A stretch of DNA of 64,000 nt from Alloascoidea hylecoeti (lineage: Eukaryota), in NCBI GenBank assembly GCA_001600815.1, contig BCKZ01000014.1, positions 62,001 to 126,000 of the forward strand. The letters are read 5' to 3'. Shown here in pieces: positions 33,541 through 45,757 of this stretch (positions within the stretch are counted from its first letter, which is position 1; each line of letters opens with the position of its first letter). Under the pieces are notes generated by a model that searched no databases, was not told the DNA's origin, and saw nothing but the letters and a program-made list of their open reading frames with translations. The translations under genes were made by a program, and so were the position numbers.

Positions 33541-36319
33541 TTACAATTCTTGCAATTCATCGACATATTTAGAAATATATTCTTCAATTTCAGAGATACC
33601 AGTATCAATCCCAGATTGTTTAATCAATTCCATATTTGGAATAAAAATATTTGAATATTTCCTTATAACTGATTTCCATAATCCTTTATACCACCAATAT
33701 TTCCACTTTCCATCTTCTTTAATTGAACCCTCTTGTTCTTTTTCTTCATATGCTTGTTTAATTCTAACAATTATTTGTTTTGAAATTGAAACAAAATCAT
33801 TTTGTAAAGATTCTTTATCATCTTTTAAAATATAATCAAGATTATTAAAAAATAATTCATAACCATAATTTGTTCTAATAACCAAATTTAATTCATCATT
33901 TAAACAAAATTTAACAATTGCCATTGGTGTAAAAATAGAATAATTTGATGCTAATTTAATAACCACTGTACCAACATATGGTTGAGGATTCCAAAATCTT
34001 AAAACTGATGAAATTGCAATTTGTTGTCTTTCAAGATTTTTTTCTTCATCTTCATCATTTTTAAAAATAATATTTTGTAATCTTTTACTAAATTTATTGA
34101 AATATGTATCAATATGTGATAATGAACGACAACCAAGAAAACAAATTATTTGAAATGTTGAATTTATAATAAATTTTTCAGAATTTAAGTTTGGTGATTT
34201 TAATTCAACTTTTTCAATAATTTCTAATATTAATTTCTCAATATCTTCGTCTGAAAAATCTTCTCTAAATGATGATAAAATATTTTGAGTTTCTTGAATA
34301 TATTGAGAATTTGGTTCTAATAATTTTAAAATAGGATCTTCTTTTGTATAATCATCATCAATTTCATCATTATCATTTTTATTTTTATTTCCATCATCAC
34401 TCATACTTTCATCTTTATCATCATTTTCAGATTTTTCCAAATCTTCTCCCATAACTTGTAAATCATATTTTTTCATTTCTTCTCTATTTAATAAACTTGT
34501 GTTTAAATATTTATGGAAATCTTCAATTAAATTCATTTTAATTCTATCCCTTGAACTTAATCTAACATTTTTACAAATAAATTCTTTTAAAAATATAATT
34601 TTTGGATGATAATAATTTTCATTTTCATTTAATTTATTTATTTCTTCAACCCATTCTTGCCATTTCCAAGTAAAATCAAAATTTGATAATTGAACAGAAA
34701 CCCAATCTAAAAATCTATGAATTAATTCAAAATCCATTGATATTAAATGTGTATAAAAAAAACGAATTGCTCTACCAAAAACTGGTGCAATTGTAGTAGC
34801 AGATTTTAAACAACATTCAACAAGTATTGAAAAGAAATAAGCTGGCGGATGTGTTAAATGTGGTAATGACATAATTTGTGAGAATACACTTTCAACTGCA
34901 ACATCTTCAACTTTCCATGTTGAAATTGTGTTTCCATCAATATCTGTTGATCGTAATTGATCAATTGAAATACCAGGTTCAGCAAAAGCCGTTGGTCTAA
35001 AGAATAAATCTAATGTAATCAATTGTCTTGAAACTTCTTTTCTATTGAAATCCATAGATTCAATAAAATCTGTACAAATATCTCTAAAAATTAAGCTTTC
35101 AAAAGTATCAACTGGTGGTACAGTTTCATAAATACCAGATAAATAACATCTGAAGAATATTCTTGGATATTTCCATAATGAATCAACATTACCATTTGTA
35201 TAATTTAAATTTGAATATTTGGTGAAAGCTTCACTATTTGGTATTGATAATGCAGGAAGGTTATGTTTTTCCAATCTTCTTGCTCTACCTAAATTATCAT
35301 TTATTGCAGGTTCAATTCTTGAAGTAATATCAGGGAAAATATCAATATTCCAATTATTATTTGCAATTTTTTCTAATGCGATAAATGCCAATGATATGAG
35401 AGATTGTGCAGTATATGGTGAATCCTCGACATCTGAAACAAATGGTGAGATGATATCTAGTGATTTTGTTTCTATAACTGGGAACTTTAAAATTTCTTTA
35501 TAAATATCAGTAGCCAATTGTTTATATTCATCATTAATTGGATCAATTACTGAAATAAATGGAATGGCTAATAAAGTATTATAAATAATTTCTTGTGCTA
35601 AACAATTTCTTTCATTTGGTGATTCACTTTGTAAATCAATTGCTAAATTTATAAATTGTTTAAAGATTTTAATTAACGATTCATTTTCAATAATTGGTAA
35701 TAAGCATGAAAAAAATCTTAATATTAATTTTAATTTATTCCAATCACCAGAATTATCACCAACATTTTCTTTTGTTTCTCCTGATATTACATTATCAATT
35801 AATTCCTGAGCTTTACTATGCAAATATTCAATCAAGTATTTTCCAACAATTGGATTTTGAACACTAGCAATTTGTATCAACCCGGATAACACCAATTGCT
35901 TATGTGGTTGTTCAATTGTAACAGCATAAATCGTTGACAAAATTGCTTTTCGGAATGATGGCTCTTGGTCAATTTCAATTGATAATGGCTTTGCCATATA
36001 TTCCAGAGTTCCAAGTAATTTTCTATGGGACTAAACATAAGTTAAAACACCTAGAGTTAGCTATAAAAGCATTTTTTAAAAAGTGAATTTATAAGAACTT
36101 ACAGATTCACCAATTTCACAGATGTCTTGACATAAACGACGCGTAACATCTTCTATTCTAGGATGAGGACGCGACCTTTTAACATTTCGATCTCTGCCAT
36201 CATCATTATCTTCAAAGTAAAAAATTGTCAGCATGAGCAACATTGAAGATCCAGGAAATAAAAAGATCACTACTCAAATATCACTTACATCCTCTTTTAC
36301 GGCTTCTCTCTTCTGACAT
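33541..36319 (-). CDS. STO1: Nuclear cap-binding complex large subunit CBP80; 3 exons (36319-36289, 36209-36103, 36030-33541)
   Basis: MIF4G-like motifs EQPHK, WNKLKLILRF, APVFGRAIRF and QLSNFDFTWKWQEW. Two GTAAGT introns give an in-frame N-terminus MSEERSRKRGY... Confidence 0.88.
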
Positions 36320-37331
36320 TGCAAACGTAACTATGTGGGGGGAGGTTTGAAACATCGAAGGGGTGAAAATATTCAGCTCTTCTGTTACCCGCACTGTGGC
36401 ACGTGATACAATATAAGAAGACATTTACTGTGCATATCAGAAACTTGCTCCGGAAGCTTGGTGTGCTTCTTCCCGGGAAGATATACCTGGCTGGTACATG
36501 GTAGATATTAGAATTGTGTTTATCGGCCAATACTCTAGCTGAGTTTACGTGCATCCGGTCTGTCTCCTGGCGGGGTAGGGGCATATACCAAATCAAATCT
36601 ATCATTTTCCAGTTCATCCAAGGATTAAACACAGTATTAACTTATAATTATAAGTACGACTTATCAATTATTTTGATGGAAATATGGTTTAAAAGTGTAA
36701 TGAAAAAGATTTCTAACTAGTAACATCCAACTCCGCCGCCGGAAGCCATCGTGGGTATATACTATATAATGGCGCAAGGGCGAAGTAAAGCTTAAGGTTC
36801 GCATGTGTAAGGTTACAAAGGCATTTCGATGGCTGGTAAGTCCAGACGATAATGTTGAGAGCAGAAACCCTGGAATCTGATTTATAAAATGAAGGCAGAC
36901 CTGTAGGTAAAAGAAGCTGATATACTTATTTAATGTGCTATATCTTCCTCCTCCTTCGTATCCATATTTCCCCATTTACTAACCTGATCCCAAATCATAA
37001 CGGAGCTACCCAATCTACCTGAAAATGTAGCATCTTCAGGCTCATCTCATAGGTTTCGCAGCAGATATTACCTCTTTCCACCAAGGATAAGCTATCCATG
37101 TTATTATCCCTTCATTTACATACATTTATAAACATTTATTTGCAATTATTCCGAGTCAATGACAACCTATCAATTAAAATATACTTAATGTTTGATGTTC
37201 ACGTTGAAAAAAACCTTTTATTTCCAATTACTTTTTTTTATACAATTACTTTTACATAACTTAAATCCAAATCTATAACCAATATTTTTCATTAAATATA
37301 ATCAATTGCAGTTGTTTTATAATAGCTGTAT

Positions 37332-39116
37332 ATGACGAAGATGCTTGAAGATGGAATTATCAAAAGACAATCGCAAAATAAACATATAAATCGAAAGGAT
37401 ATAAATAGTATATGCAGCGCAGCATCTGATTCTGATAGTAGTCTCAAAAGTGAATCTAAATGGAAATCATTCAAAGATTCTTTTAAAAGACATGAAATAA
37501 TTGAGATAGATGGATCTCATTCTAAGGAGGAAAATGCCCGACTATTGATTGCAAGTGTACCATTAAAAAGAAGTCTTAAAGGTAGACATTTACAAATGAT
37601 TGCAATCGGAGCTACAATTGGTACTGGATTACTTGTTGAATCTGGTTATGCTCTTAAAATGGGTGGACCAGCTGGTATTTTGTTTTCTTCCGTCATAATA
37701 AGTTCAATGTTATTTGCAATGCTCAATGCACTAGGAGAATTGGCAACTACACTTCCGGTTGCTGGATCTTTCACAATCCTTTTTGATCGATTTATAGATT
37801 CATCTTGGGGATTTGCTGTCTCTTGGAGTTATGTTATCAGATGGCTCACAATATTACCAACTAGTTTAGTTGCCGCTGCAATGTCAATACATTATTGGAC
37901 ACATGGAATGGATGTTAACTCTGTTGCATGGATAGCACCATCTTACGTTGTTGTAGGTTTGATAAATTTATTTGGTGTCCGTGTGTTTGGAGAAACAGAA
38001 TTTATTTTTTCTGTAATAAAATTAACCTCAATAACTGGCTTTATTATTTGTGGAATTACTCTTATTTGTGGTGGAACAACTGTTCACAAAGAAGGTTATA
38101 TTGGTGCAAAATATTGGCATGATCCAGGAGCATTTTCAAATGGGTTTAAAGGTGTATGTTATGTTTTTATAACTAGTGTTTTTTCATTTAATGGTACTGA
38201 ATTAGTTGGTTTGGCAGCTGCTGAATCTAAAAATCCAAGAAAAGTATTACCTAAAGCAACAAAGAAAATTTTCTGGACAATATTTTTGATTTATTTTGTT
38301 TCTTTATTAATTGTTGGTTTTTTGGTTCCTTATAATGATCCACATCTAAGCAGAACAGTTGATGAATCAGATAATATAACTACTAGTCCATTTGTTATTG
38401 CTCTCAGCAATGCAGGTGTAAAGTCATTTCCAACAATAATGAATGTTGTTGTAATTGTTTCCGTCACATCAATAAGTAATGCCGCTGTTTTTGCAAGCTC
38501 AAGAATACTTGCGGCAATGGCTACTATAGGTATAGCTCCACAGTTCTTATCTTATATTGATAGAAAAGGTCGACCTCTTTTTGGAATTCTTGTAACAATG
38601 GTTCTAGGTTTATTGTGCCTTTTGGCTGCTTCTGATAAAGAATGGCAAATCTTTCATTGGCTTATGGCCGTATCCTCTTTATCTTCTATATTTGTATGGG
38701 GATCAATTGCTGCAACTCATATCAGATTTAGATATACTCTTGATTATCAAGGTCGAGGAGTAGATGAGTTATCATATGAATCAATGACAGGAATCTGGGG
38801 CTCTTATTATGTTATATTTATATCTATCATAGTCATCATTACCCAATTTTGGATTTCTTTATTTCCTATTGGTTTAAAACCGGATGCATTAAAGTTCTTT
38901 AAAGGATATCTCTCAGTTATTATTATTTTGATTTTATATTTTGGTCATAAACTATGGACTAGAAATTGGAGATGGTATATTCCAATAGAAGAAATTGATA
39001 TTGATACTGGGAGAAGGGAACATGATATAGATTTATATAAACAAGAAATTGCAGAACATAAACAAAGGTTACGCTCTAAACCTTTCTTTATACGATGGTA
39101 TGATTTCTGGTGCTGA
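37332..39116 (+). CDS. Yeast amino-acid permease (YAT family, GAP1-like)
   Basis: LKGRHLQMIAIG..IGTGL, GAKYWHDPGAF, GTELVGLAAAES and C-terminal FWC. Confidence 0.92.
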   Translation: MTKMLEDGIIKRQSQNKHINRKDINSICSAASDSDSSLKSESKWKSFKDSFKRHEIIEIDGSHSKEENARLLIASVPLKRSLKGRHLQMIAIGATIGTGLLVESGYALKMGGPAGILFSSVIISSMLFAMLNALGELATTLPVAGSFTILFDRFIDSSWGFAVSWSYVIRWLTILPTSLVAAAMSIHYWTHGMDVNSVAWIAPSYVVVGLINLFGVRVFGETEFIFSVIKLTSITGFIICGITLICGGTTVHKEGYIGAKYWHDPGAFSNGFKGVCYVFITSVFSFNGTELVGLAAAESKNPRKVLPKATKKIFWTIFLIYFVSLLIVGFLVPYNDPHLSRTVDESDNITTSPFVIALSNAGVKSFPTIMNVVVIVSVTSISNAAVFASSRILAAMATIGIAPQFLSYIDRKGRPLFGILVTMVLGLLCLLAASDKEWQIFHWLMAVSSLSSIFVWGSIAATHIRFRYTLDYQGRGVDELSYESMTGIWGSYYVIFISIIVIITQFWISLFPIGLKPDALKFFKGYLSVIIILILYFGHKLWTRNWRWYIPIEEIDIDTGRREHDIDLYKQEIAEHKQRLRSKPFFIRWYDFWC

Positions 39117-41047
39117 TATATACGTATACTGTATAAGTTATATTTTAAATTAATTATAAAGGAGTTTAGTTCTGGATCTAAATCTACCACTAACAAACAT
39201 GTAATTATATCAAATTTCTTCCTATTATACATAAATATTCGTCCTTCTACTCCCTTAACCATCAAATAGGGTATGGCCATTGCCCACTAGTAACCTCCCT
39301 CTAATAAGAAACACAACAACTAAAATATTTTTTTTAAATTTAACAATGCCATTAATTGTCCATGTAAAATGTAAATATCTTTAACTCAATTGAAGCCATT
39401 ATTCAATTACAAAAAGGTCTGGATTAACAAAAAAAAAAAAAAAGTCCTAAGCTTATAATTATACATACATACATAGGCCTATATCATGAACAAGTATACG
39501 GGGAGAATATCGAAGAACATTTAGAAAATTGCACAACATTTGCCAACTTTGTGGTAATCACAGTATTTTCCGTGACTTTACGTACCAATTTATGTAAGAA
39601 TTTCTGTAAATCGTAAATCTTGCATACATGTATATTGATTCTTCGAAGTCTGATATTATAAGTTTGATTTAAGATAAAAAAGTAATATATTATATGTTAA
39701 AAGATATCCAGTAGACTTATTGGTACTGTGCTAATTATACTATTGTAGAAATTAACGAATCAAGAACCTATTGGTGCTTAATATGTGATATCAAAGATAA
39801 CGACTAATATATAATAAAACTTGTATCCCTGAAACAAGCGACAAAAGTAAGAGATAAATATTTAAATACGAAGTTACCCGACATTGAGAATGGATCAATT
39901 ATATGTCTTACATCATTAATTATTAATCGAACCTCGCATTTAGTTTATTTTGGACTTTAGAAAGATAGAAAGGGAGCTGAACTATCATAATTGGTTTTTG
40001 TTACTTGTATACCATATATATATAGGCTATACATCAAAAAAAATGGATTACATTACATATCTATAATTGATTGATATGGATGGAAATTGTTAGATTCCAA
40101 GTTTAATATGTGTTCAAATATTTAAATGTTGTATCTCGCACAATGTTGCATTACAATAACGCCCTCTGAGGAAATATCATCAAAAGATATAGAAGCTAAG
40201 TGTAAATACGGTGACCAATTATATATTGTTTTTGAAAGTATCGAAATTAATTTTATTCATAGAAGTTCATAGGCGGTAATTTGGTGCATAGCTAGCGTTA
40301 GGGCGTTCATGTCAGTTTGTTACATCAATCTGTTATAATTTTTTTAGAATTAATTATGTATTTACTTAGTTGTAAGCTTTTTCATTTACGAAGTACTAAG
40401 AAGTTCGAACCAGCTGAGTTCAGACGCCAAATGCTAGCGTTTGTTTAATCTTTATAAAAGAAACTACTAGAGATTCCCTTGTCGGTACCTTTAATATAAT
40501 CAATAAATAAATTTGTTAAATTTTAAAAAATGATTTAGAATTTGTGTTTCTTAGGTGTACATATGGGTGCTCGTGGTTGGTACCACGCTCGTGTTTGGTA
40601 CGTAATTTAGTCTATACGTTTATTTAACATTACGATCCTTAACCACTGTAGTATAAAAGTGGTACAATAGGCAATTGTAACGTATACGTTAAATCTGATA
40701 CAGATATACATGAACATGGATTAATTTGCTACATTCTTATTTTAGGGGAGATTTGAGATAGATCTTAGCTAGCGCTATAGGGTTAACATTCATCGATATC
40801 GTTAATTATCGTTATTTGAAACACTTCTTCAGTGCTTCTTATAAGCTCGTATTATAATATATAAGTTTCTTGTTCAAACTCAATTGCAAGCTTTGGAATT
40901 TTCGCCTTTCAACCACCTCATGTATCAAGGTATCTTCAGATATATATAAGATGAAGTGTTATAAATATAAGAGTGAATTCCCTCTTAGTTTTTTCTATCA
41001 TCAATTGCAGTTTGATTATTATTTGTTTTGCTTTCCTCATAATTATA

Positions 41048-42022
41048 ATGGTTTATTCGAAAACGTACCTGATTCTCCTTGGTGCTTTAGTGAGTGGTTC
41101 ACTTGCTGAGTCTTGCGCAGAACTTTACCAACAATGTGGTGGTGTTTCATGGACTGGAGCAACCTGTTGTGCTTCTGGTACTTGCCAGAGTCAAAATGAT
41201 TATTATCATCAATGTTTACCTGGTACAGATACTACGGCCACAACTAAGGCTGCTACAACAGCTAAAGCTACAACAACCAAGGCTACAACCAAAGCTACAA
41301 CCAAAGCTACAACCAAGGCTACAACCAAAGCTACATCAGTGGCCTCTTCATCATCCTCTTCGTCTTCTTCAGTCAAAGTTATATCTGGTGGTAAGTCTGG
41401 TACTGGTAGTACCACTAGGTACTGGGATTGTTGTAAACCATCCTGTTCTTGGTCCGGTAAAGCTGATGTTTCTTCACCAGTTGCTGCTTGTGCTGCTAAT
41501 GGTGTTACAACTTTGGGAGTTGACGTTCAAAGTGGATGCACCGGAGGTACTGCTTATATGTGCTCGGATCAGCAACCGTTTAAAGTCTCCGATGATTTGG
41601 CCTATGGTTTTGCTGCCGTTTCATTGACTGGAGGTAGTGATGATTCTATGTGTTGTTCTTGTTATCAATTAACCTTCACTGATACCACTCTCGCAGGAAA
41701 GAAAATGATTATTCAAGCTACCAATACTGGTAGTGACTTAAGCTCTAATCAATTTGATCTTGCCATGCCAGGTGGTGGTCAAGGTATTTACTCTGGTTGT
41801 TCATCCCAATGGAGTAGTTATAGTAGTTCCATTTGGGGACAACAATACGGTGGTGTTAGTTCAGCTAGTGCATGCGATGCTTTACCCACTCAAATCCAAG
41901 CAGGCTGTGATTGGAGATTTGATTGGTTTGAGGGTGATGATAATCCAAGTGTTACATTTGAGCAAGTTGTATGCCCAACTGAATTGACCGATATTACTGG
42001 TTGTATTCGAAATGATCAATAA
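41048..42022 (+). CDS. Secreted endo-beta-1,4-glucanase: signal peptide + CBM1 + Thr/Ser linker + GH45 (324 aa)
   Basis: ATG at 41048. CBM1 [34 protein letters not shown]; (TTKA)n linker; GH45 motifs [14 protein letters not shown] and [10 protein letters not shown], with both catalytic Asp present. Confidence 0.95.
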   Translation: MVYSKTYLILLGALVSGSLAESCAELYQQCGGVSWTGATCCASGTCQSQNDYYHQCLPGTDTTATTKAATTAKATTTKATTKATTKATTKATTKATSVASSSSSSSSSVKVISGGKSGTGSTTRYWDCCKPSCSWSGKADVSSPVAACAANGVTTLGVDVQSGCTGGTAYMCSDQQPFKVSDDLAYGFAAVSLTGGSDDSMCCSCYQLTFTDTTLAGKKMIIQATNTGSDLSSNQFDLAMPGGGQGIYSGCSSQWSSYSSSIWGQQYGGVSSASACDALPTQIQAGCDWRFDWFEGDDNPSVTFEQVVCPTELTDITGCIRNDQ

Positions 42023-42283
42023 ATTGGTGTTAAACCTGTTTTGCTGACTGCAAATTTATAGTTAAGGAATTGTACGATTGTTATGTATCGTATAAATTAT
42101 AAAAAACATTTCTATTATTTTTGTGAATTGATATTTATTTATGGCTCATTATTTATTACTTATTTTAAATAAAATCAAATATTAGTTTATATCTTATAAC
42201 TATATAAATAGCTAGGCATCCAAACCTTCAATGGAATCAATTCGTCCATATAAATTTTCAATGCATGTTCCACATTTGTCCAT

Positions 42284-43711
42284 CTAATTTTCCTTCAAGT
42301 ATTGATTCAACTTTAATCTCTTCTCAACATTTTCAAATTTAAAAGAAGCTGCCAATTCATCTAGATCTTCAAAAGATAATCCTTTGAAATAATCAGCGAA
42401 TTCATACCCCAAATATTGGCCAAGTAAGAGCTCTCTTGTCATTCTGTTCACGTAATCATCTATGGTCCAATTTGATGGATACAATGCTTTATGGTGCTCT
42501 TTGGGAATTACTTCTCTAAAATGATCTCTCAAATCTGAATATAACTTTTCAACCGCGGGATCTGGCTGTGCACCCCATTTATCAACTCCTAAACGTAACT
42601 TCTTTTTTAACCAAGGAGTTAATAATTGATACCATTTGGAAGTCGGAGAAGCATAAACTAGTCCCTGCAAACCAATATCTTTATAACACCAAATAGTCCA
42701 AGAAACCGGTTTATTGTCTCCTGCAGGATCGCCATGATTATACATTTCAATTTGATGATTCAGCAACTTATATCTAGCATCATTTGTCGCTTCAACACCT
42801 TTATCTCCTCTGAATTCTGAGGCATAAACTGGACCAAATTCACCAACATACACTGGTACATTCATTTTTTTCATAAGCGTTATCTTATCATAATATTGTT
42901 TTTTCAATTTTTCATTTTGAAAGTCTGATCCGATGTAAGTCTGATGTCCAGGAAATCCAAGAAGTGAATAATCATGAATAGCATAAACACTATTTGGAAA
43001 AGGCTCCTCTGGAAAATGACTAAAATCCATTGAATATGTATTTGCATCAAGATATAAAATATGATGTGGATCAACCGATCTAATTGCTTTCTCAACTCTT
43101 GAATAGTAGTTAATTAAACGATAATGTTTTGAATCACATGGCTCATTTAAAGTATTGTAACCAGCAATCCAGGTGTTATCCTTATAATGATCAGCAATAA
43201 CTTTCCAAAGATTAACAGCAGCATCTTGGAAATGGCCAAAGTTCCAAAAGATTGCCTTATGAAGTCCATTATCGCAATGCTGATCAGTACCTTGACCACC
43301 AGGAACAGCATGCAAATCAATGATGCAATATATTTGATGTTTTGTACAAATATCAACATATCTATCTAAACGCTTGAACCCTTCAGGTTTAATTTTAAAC
43401 AAATCAGAATCATCAAGAAAATGGCGATAATTAACGGCAATTCTAATACAATTCATACTTAAAGATTTTAAAAATTCAGCATCTTTATCAGTAAAATAGT
43501 ATTCTCTAAACTTTTCAAAGAAATATTCAAATTTTTCTTTCCCTAATACTTTCAATAAAGGTTCTTTATGCTCAGTTTCGGACCCTGCATAACCTGTCAT
43601 GAAGTTCTCCATTAATAAAACACCACCTAAGGCAACTCCCTTTAATACAACTTGATCTCCATTTTCATTAACTATTTTAGTCCCGTTGACTTTTAAAAAT
43701 CCCGTTGACAT
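42284..43711 (-). CDS. Intracellular glycoside hydrolase family 5 (GH5_22 / Scheffersomyces EGC-like)
   Basis: No signal peptide; MENFMTGY, IDLHAVPGGQ, acid/base motif LNEP, nucleophile motif VGEFG, WTIWCYKDIG. Confidence 0.9.
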   Translation of the reverse strand: MSTGFLKVNGTKIVNENGDQVVLKGVALGGVLLMENFMTGYAGSETEHKEPLLKVLGKEKFEYFFEKFREYYFTDKDAEFLKSLSMNCIRIAVNYRHFLDDSDLFKIKPEGFKRLDRYVDICTKHQIYCIIDLHAVPGGQGTDQHCDNGLHKAIFWNFGHFQDAAVNLWKVIADHYKDNTWIAGYNTLNEPCDSKHYRLINYYSRVEKAIRSVDPHHILYLDANTYSMDFSHFPEEPFPNSVYAIHDYSLLGFPGHQTYIGSDFQNEKLKKQYYDKITLMKKMNVPVYVGEFGPVYASEFRGDKGVEATNDARYKLLNHQIEMYNHGDPAGDNKPVSWTIWCYKDIGLQGLVYASPTSKWYQLLTPWLKKKLRLGVDKWGAQPDPAVEKLYSDLRDHFREVIPKEHHKALYPSNWTIDDYVNRMTRELLLGQYLGYEFADYFKGLSFEDLDELAASFKFENVEKRLKLNQYLKEN

Positions 43712-44368
43712 ATTTGATATTAAATACTCTTTGTGTAATACTCTATGACTGGTTGAAAATGTATAGCTAAATATGAGTGTTCAGTAAATATTAAGATTTA
43801 TATGGACAATTTATTGTTTAAATACTTAATTATAAAGATGCTTTGATTTCTCCTTAATTTCACTCTCATATAAGTATTATATAATGTAATCAGATACATG
43901 ACGATAATAGATCATCTTCCAATTGCAATTCGGAAAATTAACTTCCTAGTTTAATAACAGAATTTAATTTGGGCATTTCTAGAGGGTAGAGCTACAGATT
44001 AGTCGTAAAATACAAAATACGGATCTTATAACGTTAATTATAAACTGATAATGCATTTCCAATTTATTCCACTTCTTGTACGTAGTTCATAATTATAAAT
44101 ATTCTTATAATCATCAAGCTCAAATTGTGACATTGGTATCGGACGGACTGTGGATTATAGTATACTAAGTATAGTAAGGAAAATTGATATAACTGCTAAA
44201 TAACTATTATACTTCAAGCAAACATAAAACCCAAATAAATGTGGAACAAGAGATGTTTGGTGTGCCATATATAACTTATCAAGTTATTATTATAATATTA
44301 ATTATATGGAGAATAAAGCGGAAAACTAATAATTATATACAGTGACTAAAATACAATATTGCAGGAAT

Positions 44369-44694
44369 CTCCAGATGCTCCACAAATCATAACATGAGTT
44401 TAAAGGATCTCCGGATATTCTCCACAGATATGTGAGAACCCACATCTAGATATATGTTAAATACCTAGTATTGCGGATTTATTCATATATTTGAATAACC
44501 AATAACAATATAATACTTTAATTATTTTCCGTTTATAACTAATACGTTTTCATGTCTGAATATCTACAATAGATTATACTATTCTACTAATATTGCAAAC
44601 TTAAACCTATATTGAACAGAAATATACGCTTCCAGTTTTCTGTCATATATGCATCAATAATATATAGAGACGAGTGTAAGTGGAGTCACTGGAG
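44369..44694. promoter_or_regulatory. Cluster of six Mig1/CreA-type SYGGRG sites in the divergent GH5/transporter promoter
   Basis: Minus-strand sites CTCCAG 44369, CTCCAC 44378, CTCCGG 44409, CTCCAC 44420; plus-strand sites GTGGAG 44680, CTGGAG 44689; all in very AT-rich DNA. Confidence 0.55.
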
Positions 44695-45757
44695 TGGTGG
44701 CTGAGATCTTAACATTACATTTACCTCTTTATATTTCCGGTCTTGGTTTCTTCACAATCATTATAATATTAATATTGCGATTGAGACTGTTTTATTCTTC
44801 CGGAAGCTTCATAATTATCACGTATAACATCTGCGATTGTTCCATTTAACTTATATTCGAAAATGTATTTTAACTCTTGACAAACATATATCAGATCTAA
44901 AATTAAAATATCCCATTCTTCTTCATTATTGATATTAGGATCATTAATATTAATCATGATTCATGATGAACTAGCTATATATTATAATCAGCTTATGAAA
45001 TAGTTATAAAATTGATATAAAACTGTACTATATAACATGTACAATAGATATATATGTATATAGTATTAGTGTAGCTATAGGCTAAAGCCGCTAAGATGAT
45101 ATATTAATATCATTGTAGGCCTATATGCATCATAACTTCGAAACACCGATACATACTATACGTATAGGACCGAAGGTAAAGAGACTTTTGCTATCGTAAT
45201 ATCAAAATTGTAGAGGGTTTTACTATGTATTACATCATATGATCAAGCTGATTAAGGCTTAAGGTTAGACATATTCATTGATATTTTTAATCTATATATA
45301 ATATTGTTATAAGAGCAAATAAGCATGCGGTGTAATTATAACATTAACAATGAATTACTTTTCATTTCAGCTAAAGCTTTTTAAGTTAAATTAGAAGTTG
45401 TTTTTCATGTTTTATATCTTATGATTAATAACCAATAAACTTGTTTAAACCAATAATTATCATAAATTTAAGTGCATCAGTCGACTCCTAGGCCACAGCA
45501 CTTATATCAGCTTTGGTTATAGCTAGCCTAACAATAACTACAGGATAATAGGATATTATTACCTTTTATAATTAGGTCTAATATTGACCATACAGTATCC
45601 AAAACCGAATGACCTCAATATCTTTTTCCCGGAATATTGAAATCTACTTTTTGATATATGTAGATATAGGGTAAATGAATTATATTTATATATATATAAA
45701 GTTACGTATTTCCTGTAGCAATATAATAATTCAATATAAAGAATAAATTCAAATTAA

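Noticed and set aside
33515..33835. Antisense or overlapping short ORFs within long genes (also 2049-2303, 12717-12938, 35219-35503, 55613-55843 and others)
   Set aside because: They lie inside well-supported CDSs and show no motifs.
40973..41047. ORF-track N-terminal extension of the GH45
   Set aside because: It starts at a non-ATG codon; ATG 41048 gives a canonical signal peptide.
41094..41627. 177-aa ORF with PKLQ repeats and an antisense VVAL ORF (41209-41415)
   Set aside because: Out-of-frame and antisense readings of the GH45 TTKA linker.
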